From Candidatus Marinacidobacterales bacterium (GTDB lineage Bacteria > Acidobacteriota > Vicinamibacteria > Marinacidobacterales > SMYC01), in the NCBI GenBank assembly GCA_965224085.1, contig CBDCYI010000011.1, forward strand, positions 832,001 to 896,000: a DNA stretch of 64,000 nucleotides, read 5' to 3'. Below the pieces are notes generated by a model. That model had not been told where the DNA came from, did not search any database, and saw only the letters and a program-made list of their open reading frames with translations. The translations under genes and the position numbers were made by a program. Every line of letters begins with the position of its first letter. The stretch's first letter is position 1. Of the stretch, positions 20,337 through 28,866 are shown in pieces.

Positions 20337-22733
20337 TCACCTGCATTCGAGCTCCGCGCATGCTTTCAGTATATCGGCAAAAACGCCGCCTGCAGTAACC
20401 GCGGGTCCCGCGCCGCTGCCGCGGATGACGAGCGGCGTCTCGCGGTAGCGTGCGGTGGTGAAAGCGAACAAATTGTCCGTGGCGTTGAGAGACGCGGCCG
20501 GGTGCGACGCCTCGACGGCTTGGAGACCGACCGAGGCCTGCCCATTCGCGAGCTTGGCCAAGTAACAAAGCGTTGCGCCTTCGGGGGCTCGGCGTTGGGC
20601 GTCGGCGACGGCGTCTCCGAAACGCTCGATCTCGCCCTCCGGAACGAGCGACTCGACCGAAACCTCCTTCGGCTCGATTGCGATCCCCGCGGTGCGAGCG
20701 AGTATCAGGAGCTTCCGGACGACGTCCATCCCGCTCAAGTCTTCACGAGGATCGGGCTCGGTATAGCCTTTGTCGCGTGCTTCCTGAAGTGCGGCCTCGG
20801 GCGGGATCCCTTCCCGGATTCGGTTGAAGAGATAGCTCAAGGTACCCGAGAATACACCTTCGATGCGCTCGATGGTGTCCCCAGTGTCGACGAGACCGCC
20901 GAGCGTTCTTATGACAGGAAGCCCCGCGCCCGCAGTCGTCTCGTAGTAGAGCCGTGCGTGTCGGTGAAGTGTTTCGAAGTCTTTCATCGGGCCGCCGAGC
21001 GGGAGCTTGTTCGCGGTGACGACGGCCACGCCTTGGGTGAGAAGCCGCTCGTAGAGATTCGGAACGTCTGGGCTCGCGGTGACGTCCACGAGGATACGCG
21101 GACCCCGAGTCGCCTCGATGAATCGGGCGAGCTCGTCAAGATCGTTCGCGGACCCGTCCTCTAGCAATCCTTTGCCTTGTCCAAGATCGAGTCCCTGGCG
21201 CGACAGGCGCATCGTCCGGCTGGCCGCGACGCCCGAGAGGCGCAACCCGAGCCCTTTTGCTCGAAGCGTTTCGCTTTGGGCGTTTATCTGTGAGAGTAGC
21301 TCACCGCCGACGCCGCCCGCGCCGAGGACGAACAGGTGTACGATGCGTCGCGGCTCCCCGAGAAGGGCTTCGTGGATCGCGTTGAGTGTTTTTTTTTCAT
21401 CGTCGCGGGCGATCACGAGTGAGATGTTGAGCTCGGACGAACCTTGCGCGATCGCGCGGACGTTGACGCTTTCCGAGCCGAGAACGCTGAAAAGCCGCCC
21501 GGCGATGCCGCGGCGCTCACGCATGCCTTCGCCGACGGCGGCGACGATGGACAAGTTGCGTTCGATGATGAGCGGGTTGACGAGACCGGCGCGCTGCTCG
21601 AGCGTGAACTCTTCGTCGACTCTCCGGCCGGCTTTAGCGACATCGTCCGGCGCGACCGCGAAGCAAATGGAGTGTTCGCTCGAGGCTTGTGTAATGAGAA
21701 TGATATTGATGTGCTCGCGCGCGAGAGCTTCGAACAGACGGTGCGCTGTCCCGGAGACGCCCAACATCCCGTCGCCCTCGAGCCGCAAGAGCGCGATGTT
21801 GTGGATCGACGCGATCCCGCGGACGGGTCTCTTGCTCGGCGCCGCGCGATCGTTGATGTGGGTCCCGGTAAAGCTCGGGTCGAACGTGTTCCGAATGACG
21901 AGAGGGATGCGCCGGGCGCGCGCGGGGTGGATCGTCGGCGGGTAGACGACTTTGGCGCCGAAATGAGAAAGCTCCATGAGCTCTTCGTAGCTGAGCTCCT
22001 CGAGAGAGAACGCGTTCGCGACGAGCCGTGGGTCGGCGCTCATCACGCCGTTCACATCCGTCCATATCTCGATTCGATCCGCCGCGAGCGCCGAGCCGAG
22101 AAGAGCGGCCGTGTAGTCTGAGCCACCGCGGCCGAGCGTCGTTGTTTCACCATCGACACTCGCGCCGAGAAAACCCGTGACGACTTGAAGGGCCCTGTGA
22201 CTGTCGAAGTGGTCTCGGATCCCCCGCTCGGTCGCTTCGAGCTCTACCCGCGCGCCACCGAATTTCTTATCCGTTACGATGAAGCCGCGCGCGTCAGCGT
22301 ATTGCGCGTCGACGCCTCGTTTTCGGAGCGCGGCCGCGACGAGATCGGTCGAGAGCCTCTCGCCATAGCTCGATATTTGATCGAGAGTGCGTGGCGAGCA
22401 CTCACGCACGAGCGAGACGCCGTGGAGAAGGTCGGTTAGCTCCCCAATCCGGCGTTCGATGCGGCCGACGAGTGTTGGGGCCTCGGTGGTTTCGCCGAGC
22501 TCTAGAACGGCCGCGCGGTGGCGTGCCTCGATTGACGCACAGGTGTCGCGATAGGTGGCGAGCCCTGACGCGGCGACCCGAGCGGCTTCGGTCAAGGCAT
22601 TCGTCACTCCGGACATGGCGGAGATAACGACCACGAGCTCGGAGACAGGCTCCTGGCCGCGAACGATGTCGATGACCGCGCGGATGCGCTCCGGATTCTC
22701 GAGCGAAGTCCCGCCGAATTTGAGAACTCTCAT
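20337..22733 (-). CDS. thrA: bifunctional aspartate kinase / homoserine dehydrogenase I
   Basis: VLKFGGTS, LGRGGSD, two ACT domains (QASSE, QGSSE), ANK, EPDPREDLSGMD and GAGPAVTA motifs. Confidence 0.95.
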   Translation of the reverse strand: MRVLKFGGTSLENPERIRAVIDIVRGQEPVSELVVVISAMSGVTNALTEAARVAASGLATYRDTCASIEARHRAAVLELGETTEAPTLVGRIERRIGELTDLLHGVSLVRECSPRTLDQISSYGERLSTDLVAAALRKRGVDAQYADARGFIVTDKKFGGARVELEATERGIRDHFDSHRALQVVTGFLGASVDGETTTLGRGGSDYTAALLGSALAADRIEIWTDVNGVMSADPRLVANAFSLEELSYEELMELSHFGAKVVYPPTIHPARARRIPLVIRNTFDPSFTGTHINDRAAPSKRPVRGIASIHNIALLRLEGDGMLGVSGTAHRLFEALAREHINIILITQASSEHSICFAVAPDDVAKAGRRVDEEFTLEQRAGLVNPLIIERNLSIVAAVGEGMRERRGIAGRLFSVLGSESVNVRAIAQGSSELNISLVIARDDEKKTLNAIHEALLGEPRRIVHLFVLGAGGVGGELLSQINAQSETLRAKGLGLRLSGVAASRTMRLSRQGLDLGQGKGLLEDGSANDLDELARFIEATRGPRILVDVTASPDVPNLYERLLTQGVAVVTANKLPLGGPMKDFETLHRHARLYYETTAGAGLPVIRTLGGLVDTGDTIERIEGVFSGTLSYLFNRIREGIPPEAALQEARDKGYTEPDPREDLSGMDVVRKLLILARTAGIAIEPKEVSVESLVPEGEIERFGDAVADAQRRAPEGATLCYLAKLANGQASVGLQAVEASHPAASLNATDNLFAFTTARYRETPLVIRGSGAGPAVTAGGVFADILKACAELECR

Positions 22734-22839
22734 GACGAGGTGCTTGGACGATCGTCCAAACTCAATATCGTACTACACAAAAGGATCCCGTTTGCTTTTT
22801 AACTCCCGGGCGATAACACTCTCCCCCTAGGTGGTCTAG

Positions 22840-23631
22840 ATGCGATTTACGACTACCCCGAAGCGCTGGCTCTACCCGATTGTGGGTCTTTTTCTGGCGG
22901 TCGGTGCGCCGGGGGGACTTCTCGTCATGCGGGCGCTCGTCCACGGAGAGCTCGGTAATTGGGACTGGGCCGTGGAGGAGTTCTCGAGCCGCGCTTTGAC
23001 TTATGGCTACATTGCCGGCGCGACGGCCCTCCTGTTCGTCGGCCTCGGCGCCATTCTCGGTTCGCACGAGGACCTGCTTCGCCGCGTCTCGCTGACCGAC
23101 CCTTTGACCGGGCTCCCGAATCGTCGCCACTCGGACCGCCGACTGCTTGACGAGCTCGCGCGGGTCGATCGGTACAAAACCCCGCTGACCTTGATGCTGA
23201 TCGACCTCGACGGGCTCAAAATGGTCAACGACGTCTCGGGCCACGAGGCCGGCGACAACGCGATCCGCGCGGTGGCGCGCACGCTTCAGCGCACGTGCCG
23301 AGCGACCGACCTCGCGGCGCGCATCGGCGGCGACGAGTTCGTCGTCCTCGCGCCGAACATTACGGAGCTCGAAGCCCGGACGCTCGCCGAGCGCATCCGC
23401 AAGGCGCTGAGGACCGAGGCGAGCTGGGTCGCCACGGCGCTCCCACCTCTGACGCTTTCTATCGGGGTCGCTGATACGCGCTCTGTGGACGAGCTCCGGC
23501 CCGATCGGCTATACTCGGCGGCAGATCAAGCCCTCTACGAAGCGAAACAAGCCGGGAAGAATCGCGTCGCGCTGGCGCCGGTCTTCGAGGGCGATCCGGA
23601 CGAAGCCGGAGACGCCACCGCTCAAGCGTAG
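22840..23631 (+). CDS. membrane-anchored diguanylate cyclase
   Basis: Two TM helices, TDPLTGLPNRR, GGDEF and an RATD I-site. Confidence 0.92.
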   Translation: MRFTTTPKRWLYPIVGLFLAVGAPGGLLVMRALVHGELGNWDWAVEEFSSRALTYGYIAGATALLFVGLGAILGSHEDLLRRVSLTDPLTGLPNRRHSDRRLLDELARVDRYKTPLTLMLIDLDGLKMVNDVSGHEAGDNAIRAVARTLQRTCRATDLAARIGGDEFVVLAPNITELEARTLAERIRKALRTEASWVATALPPLTLSIGVADTRSVDELRPDRLYSAADQALYEAKQAGKNRVALAPVFEGDPDEAGDATAQA

Positions 23632-23702
23632 CCTACCTAGATCGTCAAACGAGAGACCAACGAGGAACCGTGTCCGAAGGATCTGAAGCCCGCTCGGACG
23701 CG

Positions 23703-23867
23703 CTAGTCCCCTGGAACAAAGGTTCGTGGCCTAAAGCTCGAGGTCATTTTGTGGGCTGGCAAGGCGTGACGACGAAGTCATATTGGGATATTTCGAGGAG
23801 AAACAACGCAGCCAGCGCGCAAAAGGGCCCGAGATTTAGGTTACGAATCTCTGTTCCAGGGGACTAG
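23703..23867. repeat. 165-bp CTAG-bounded imperfect palindrome (MITE/REPIN-like)
   Basis: CTAGTCCCCTGGAACA...GCTGGC pairs with GCCAGC...TGTTCCAGGGGACTAG; the arms are about 58 bp. Confidence 0.85.
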
Positions 23868-23873
23868 TCCCGG

Positions 23874-26800
23874 CTAATTCTCCGGACCGTCGATACTGCT
23901 ATAAGTGTCGTCGATGACGGACTTCAGCGAATCGATCTTCTCATCCTTCTTTTCATCTCCGTCCTCCACGAAACCGTACCCGGATCGTGAGAAGTCGTGG
24001 ATGACTTCTTTCAGAGAATCGACGATCTGCTGGTGCTCGGCCGCCTTCCGGGAGTGGGACTGGATGGTCGTGTCGCGCTCGACGATTTCGTGCCTTGCTA
24101 CGGAAAGCTCGGTCTCGAGCTTCTCGAGTTTTGCGTTCAAAGTGCTGAGCTCGCGCGAAGCCGCGTCGTAGGATTCCTCGATGGAGCGAGCTTGCTCCGA
24201 TCCACGGGTAGCAGTGGCGAGCTCGAGCTCGAACTCCTTCCGCGAGCTCTCGATCGTTTCTTCGTATTGCCGCCGCACCGATTCGAGCTTTCCTTTCCAT
24301 TCCTGCTGCGCGGCGACAACGGCCTTTTCGGCTTTAGCTCTCAAGCTCTTCTCCAAGTGTTCGAGCTTGTCCGTCCAGTCGTTTTCGACGCGCTCGATCC
24401 CCAAGCTGTGGCGGGTCTTGAGCTCGTTCACGCGCCGCTCATATCTCTCCCTCGTCGCCTCGTGAAGCTTCTTTTCGTGATCGAGCGTTTCGTTAGCTTG
24501 TTTGAGCTCGCTGGAGGATTCGCGTTTGAGCTTCTCGATCGATGCGTTGAGCGCCTGTCGATCCGATTCGATCCGTGATCGGGCGGACTCGAACACCTTT
24601 TTGAGCTCCCTGGCCTCGGCATTGTGCGCCTCTTCGGAGACCTTCATGTTCGAGCGGTGTTTCGAGGACATCTCGGCGATCTCGGCCCGGAGGCCGTCGA
24701 GCATGATCCGGGATTCATCGCGTTCTTCCTCGACCGCGCCGAGAGCCGTAAGGGCGGATTGCTCCTGGATCGCGAGCGCGCTGCGGTGAGCTTGCTCCGT
24801 GGTTTGGAGCTCTTTCGCGTGCTCGCTGCGAAACGCGTTGACCATTTTCGCTTGCTCGTCGCGCATTTTCTCTAGATGACGGCCGTGGTCCTTCTTGAGC
24901 TGCTCGACCGTGTCGCGAAGCGTGTGCTGCGCGTCGAGGTCGATGTCGGCGAGGACTTTCATGTGGCTCTGACGGAGCCGTGCGACGTTTTGTTCGTTCT
25001 TTCGACGCGATGAAACGAGCTCGTCGGCGTGCTCGCGCCCCATTTTTTCTAACTCTTCGTGATGCGAAGCGCCTTGGCGCTCGAGCGCTTCTTTTTGCGA
25101 TTGCATCGCGTCGCGAGTCTTTTGCTCGCTGTTATTCTCGTGCAACTTGTCGCGTCGTCCAAGCTCGTCCTCATGCTGTGCCTTGAGAGACACGAGAGCC
25201 TCCGCGTGCTTTGTTTGTTGGTCGGCTGCCGTCTCCTGCCACCTCCGCCGTTCGACCTCGAGCGCGGCCGTGCGGTCCTCCTTGAACTTGCGCGACATGC
25301 CGGCGAGCGCCGCGAATCCGTCTTGCTCCGCGGTCGCGAGATTCTTCGTATGGCTTTTCTGGAGCTCCGCCATCTCGTTCTCATACCGCTCGCGCGTCTC
25401 GTAGTGTGCGGTGCGCTCCGCCTCCCAGCTTTTCAACACGTCCTGGACTTTGGCGGTGACCTCTTCGAGCATCTGCTCGTTCGACCGGATCGCGGCTTTG
25501 GCCTTCTCGTCGAGCGCGCTGGTCTCAGTGGCGTGGAGTTGAGTGAGCGAGGAGAGCCGTTTCGCATGGCGTTTTTTAAGAGATGAAACTTCTGCGATGC
25601 GCTTGTTTTCCGCATGCAGGAGCCGGGCGGCGTGCTGTTCGTCCGACTGCTTGAGCGCCGCGGCGTTTTTTTTGGATGCTTCCTCGAGAGCTTGTTGGGC
25701 CTCCCCGGCGGCGCGCCCCATCGCATCGCTATGACTCGAATGGACGGAGGCCAACTCCTTCGTGTGCTCGTCTCTCGAAGCCGCGAGTGCTTTGGCGTGG
25801 CTCGTTTCCGACTGTAGGAGCGCCGTGTCGAGCTTCGATTTGAGCTCCTTCATCGCCGCGGCCTTTTCTTCCGCGAGAGTCTTCTCGAGCTCCTTGATTT
25901 CCGCCTTCTGGTTCGCTTTTTGCTCCTGAAGCTCGTGCGCGTGCTGTCGCTGCTGCTCTGACAGGCCGGTCTCGAGCTCGACGCGCAGGCGGGCGGCGCC
26001 GGCCGTCTCCGTGGAGACTTTCTGCTCGAGAGCTTCTCTGTCCTGTTCGTAGCGACTTTGCGCCTGGCTGGCCTCTTTGGCCACCTGGGCGAGCTTGGCG
26101 TTCGCTGCGTCGAGACGTACGGCGAGCTCGGCGGCTTCCCCTCCGATCTTGTCGCGCTCCCTCTTGCCGGTGACGATTTGCTCGTCCAGCTCAGCGACGT
26201 CGTGCTCGTGGTTGCTCTGTGACTCCTCGGCTTCTTCCGCGTGTTGTTCGAGCTCGGCCTGGACTTGGGTCACCACGCCTCGAAGCTCGGTGGCCTCTTT
26301 GCGCCGTTCGTCTCGATCGCATTGGGTCACTACGAGCCGGTTCGTCAGATCCTCGGTCTCCTGCTCGTGTTTGGCACGGGTCGCCTCGACATCTCCGGTG
26401 AGCTTTTCGAGCTTCGCGCGGACACCATCGAGAAGTCCACGAACTTCAGACGTCTCCTGGCGCGCTTCGTCCCGCGCTTTCTGACTGGCCTCGAGCCGTT
26501 CGGTGAGCTCCGCGCTCTCGCGCTCGTGCCGGCTTTGGATCGCGACCATTTGCTCGGTGAGCTCATTGTGCTTGACCTCAAGACTCTCGAAGAGTCCCTT
26601 GAGCTCTTTCGCTTCTTCGCGACTTCGGTCCCGGTCGCGCTGGGTGGAGACGAGCCGCTCCGTGAGGTCTTTTTTTTCACGACGCTGGTGGTCGCTATCT
26701 TTGTCGGTTTGCTCGGGTAGCTCTTCGGGCGTGGAGTCGGCGTTTTCGAGACGGCGTCGGAGCCCGATGGCCTCGTCGCGAGATCGGTCGCGGTCCCGCT

Positions 26801-27470
26801 GCGTGTTGACGAGTCGTTTGGCTATATCGTCGATTTTTTGCTTGTGCTCGCGCTCGATGGCATCGACGTGCTCGGCTATATCTCGAAACTTCGCCCGTGA
26901 CGCGTCGAGCTCTTCGGTGAGCGCCTGATTCTGTTCTTCGATGTCGGACCCTTCCGGCCCGGCGAAGCGCTTTACGAGTTCGGACCGCTTGCGCCTAACG
27001 ACGAGCACCTGGGAGTCGAGGTCGACGCTGCGGCTCTCGCGCACGTCGTCCGCGGAGCCCGCCGGCTCGGCTTGTGCGTCGGCATCTCGAGAAGTGAGCT
27101 CGAGACGGCCGGCGTCCGCGATCGCATCCAGGAGGTCCGAGTCAGAGAGCTCTTTATGGAGGTAGTGCTTTGCGTGCGATGGCTGCGTCTCGTGTCGGCT
27201 GAGCTCGGCCTTGGGTAGCGTCGCAGTCGTAAGGATGACGGGAAAGTCGAAGTTCGCCTTCTTCACTCTACGAAAAAGAGCGAACCCATCCTTGTCGCGA
27301 AGCTCTACCGCTAGGATCACGAGAACGGGACGCCGATCTTCGATGAGTGACTGGATCTCTTCCAAGTCCGTCGCGCCTATCACAGCGATCTTGAGCGGCG
27401 TGAGGAGCACGGAGACCCTGTCACGAAACGTGGTGTCGTCATCGATGACGAGGACGTAGCGCTCGGCCAT
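23874..27470 (-). CDS. pseudo-receiver domain plus ~1000-aa coiled-coil protein
   Basis: ATG 27470 (MAERYVLVIDDD...LVILAVELRDKDGF), followed by a long E/K/Q/R/A-rich heptad region. Confidence 0.85.
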   Translation of the reverse strand: MAERYVLVIDDDTTFRDRVSVLLTPLKIAVIGATDLEEIQSLIEDRRPVLVILAVELRDKDGFALFRRVKKANFDFPVILTTATLPKAELSRHETQPSHAKHYLHKELSDSDLLDAIADAGRLELTSRDADAQAEPAGSADDVRESRSVDLDSQVLVVRRKRSELVKRFAGPEGSDIEEQNQALTEELDASRAKFRDIAEHVDAIEREHKQKIDDIAKRLVNTQRDRDRSRDEAIGLRRRLENADSTPEELPEQTDKDSDHQRREKKDLTERLVSTQRDRDRSREEAKELKGLFESLEVKHNELTEQMVAIQSRHERESAELTERLEASQKARDEARQETSEVRGLLDGVRAKLEKLTGDVEATRAKHEQETEDLTNRLVVTQCDRDERRKEATELRGVVTQVQAELEQHAEEAEESQSNHEHDVAELDEQIVTGKRERDKIGGEAAELAVRLDAANAKLAQVAKEASQAQSRYEQDREALEQKVSTETAGAARLRVELETGLSEQQRQHAHELQEQKANQKAEIKELEKTLAEEKAAAMKELKSKLDTALLQSETSHAKALAASRDEHTKELASVHSSHSDAMGRAAGEAQQALEEASKKNAAALKQSDEQHAARLLHAENKRIAEVSSLKKRHAKRLSSLTQLHATETSALDEKAKAAIRSNEQMLEEVTAKVQDVLKSWEAERTAHYETRERYENEMAELQKSHTKNLATAEQDGFAALAGMSRKFKEDRTAALEVERRRWQETAADQQTKHAEALVSLKAQHEDELGRRDKLHENNSEQKTRDAMQSQKEALERQGASHHEELEKMGREHADELVSSRRKNEQNVARLRQSHMKVLADIDLDAQHTLRDTVEQLKKDHGRHLEKMRDEQAKMVNAFRSEHAKELQTTEQAHRSALAIQEQSALTALGAVEEERDESRIMLDGLRAEIAEMSSKHRSNMKVSEEAHNAEARELKKVFESARSRIESDRQALNASIEKLKRESSSELKQANETLDHEKKLHEATRERYERRVNELKTRHSLGIERVENDWTDKLEHLEKSLRAKAEKAVVAAQQEWKGKLESVRRQYEETIESSRKEFELELATATRGSEQARSIEESYDAASRELSTLNAKLEKLETELSVARHEIVERDTTIQSHSRKAAEHQQIVDSLKEVIHDFSRSGYGFVEDGDEKKDEKIDSLKSVIDDTYSSIDGPEN

Positions 27471-27576
27471 AGAGAATCGCTCGGGTGGATCCGCATCGAG
27501 GCTCGCGTGCGCGGGAAGACCCCTCGCCGAACGGGCACCTTTCGAATTGGTTCTGGAGCTACTATTAGAATAGCAA

Positions 27577-28155
27577 ATGAGCGGGGTCGCGCTAGGATCG
27601 ATTTCCGGGAGGTTGTCTCGAGTGTACCTGGGAGGACGCGTCGAAATCGTACAGGGGGACATCACAGAGCTTACGGTCGATGCCATTGTGAACGCCGCGA
27701 AGTCGAGTCTTCTCGGCGGCGGAGGCGTCGACGGCGCCATCCACGCTGCCGCCGGCCCCGAGCTCCTTCTGGAGTGTCGGGGATTGGGAGGTGCCCGGAC
27801 CGGCAAGGCGAAGATGACGCGTGGCTATCGACTGCAAGCGAGTCACGTGATCCACGCGGTGGGTCCGGTGTGGCAGGGCGGAAGCGCCGGGGAGCCCGAG
27901 CTTCTCGCGAGCTGCTATCGAAACGCTTGCGAGCTTGTGGAACGTCGCGGGCTCCGCACGGTCGCCTTTCCAGGCATCTCGACCGGTATCTACGGATATC
28001 CCGTCGAGCGGGCGGCAATCGTGGCACAGTCGACGGTGCGCGAGTGGCTTTTGGGTCACGGGGTGCCAGAGCGCGTCCTATTCTGCTGTTTTTCCTCGTC
28101 GGACCTTGCAGTCTACGAACGGATCGCGGCCGTCGAGCTTGTCGAAAACCCATGA
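27577..28155 (+). CDS. ymdB: macrodomain O-acetyl-ADP-ribose deacetylase (YmdB-like)
   Basis: GDIT, IVNAA, GGGGVDGAIH, VIHAVGP and ISTGIYGYP motifs. The true start may be GTG ~27623. Confidence 0.9.
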   Translation: MSGVALGSISGRLSRVYLGGRVEIVQGDITELTVDAIVNAAKSSLLGGGGVDGAIHAAAGPELLLECRGLGGARTGKAKMTRGYRLQASHVIHAVGPVWQGGSAGEPELLASCYRNACELVERRGLRTVAFPGISTGIYGYPVERAAIVAQSTVREWLLGHGVPERVLFCCFSSSDLAVYERIAAVELVENP

Positions 28156-28787
28156 GGCTGCCACCCGGCCGGGAGCAAGCCGTGATCTTATTGCACGGGA
28201 TGGGCCGTACGTGGATGTCCATGGCGGTTCTCGGGCTGCGCTTGCGGCGCGCTGGCTACGAGGTGCATTGGTTTGGCTACAGCCCGCGCAAATCCACACT
28301 CGACGAGCTCACGAGCCGACTTCGGGAGCTCGTCGAGAACAAAGTAAAGGCACCCAACTACCACCTCATCGGTCATTCGCTCGGGAACATCATTGTTCGA
28401 AACGGCTTCAAGGGGGGCTACCGCGCTGGCTTGAAACGCATCGTTATGCTCGCGCCTCCGAACGGGCCAGCCGCTCTAGCGAGCACGATGCGCCACGTGC
28501 GCGTCTATCGGTGGCTCACCGGTGACAGCGGACAAAAACTCGGCGATGACGAATTCTATCGAACGCTTCCCGTACCCGATGTCGAGTTCGGCGTCATCGC
28601 GGGCAATTGTGGCCACCGCATCGGGTTCCACGATGCCAATGACGGAGTCGTGCGCGTCGAGAATACGAAGCTCGACGGCATGCGCGATTGGGTCGAAGTC
28701 GAGCGTACCCACACGTTCATCATGTTCTCCGCCGAGACGTTCGATCTGTGCCTGCACTTTCTCGACAAGGGCTCCTTTCGTGCCTGA
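28152..28787 (+). CDS. alpha/beta hydrolase (lipase/esterase-like)
   Basis: LLHGM, GHSLG nucleophile elbow, NDGVV and HTFIM. The ATG at 28152 overlaps the upstream stop. Confidence 0.88.
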   Translation: MRLPPGREQAVILLHGMGRTWMSMAVLGLRLRRAGYEVHWFGYSPRKSTLDELTSRLRELVENKVKAPNYHLIGHSLGNIIVRNGFKGGYRAGLKRIVMLAPPNGPAALASTMRHVRVYRWLTGDSGQKLGDDEFYRTLPVPDVEFGVIAGNCGHRIGFHDANDGVVRVENTKLDGMRDWVEVERTHTFIMFSAETFDLCLHFLDKGSFRA

Positions 28788-28866
28788 CGGCGTGTCCCGC
28801 CTGACCGATTCAAAAGAGTGCGCGATCACGAATCATTAGCTACTACAGTTTCGACGAGGAGCCCAA

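Noticed and set aside
27471-27806. Extended N-terminus of the 1310-aa ORF and of the 426-aa ORF starting at 27507
   Set aside because: Both overlap the macrodomain gene. The better starts are 27470 (minus) and 28152 (plus).
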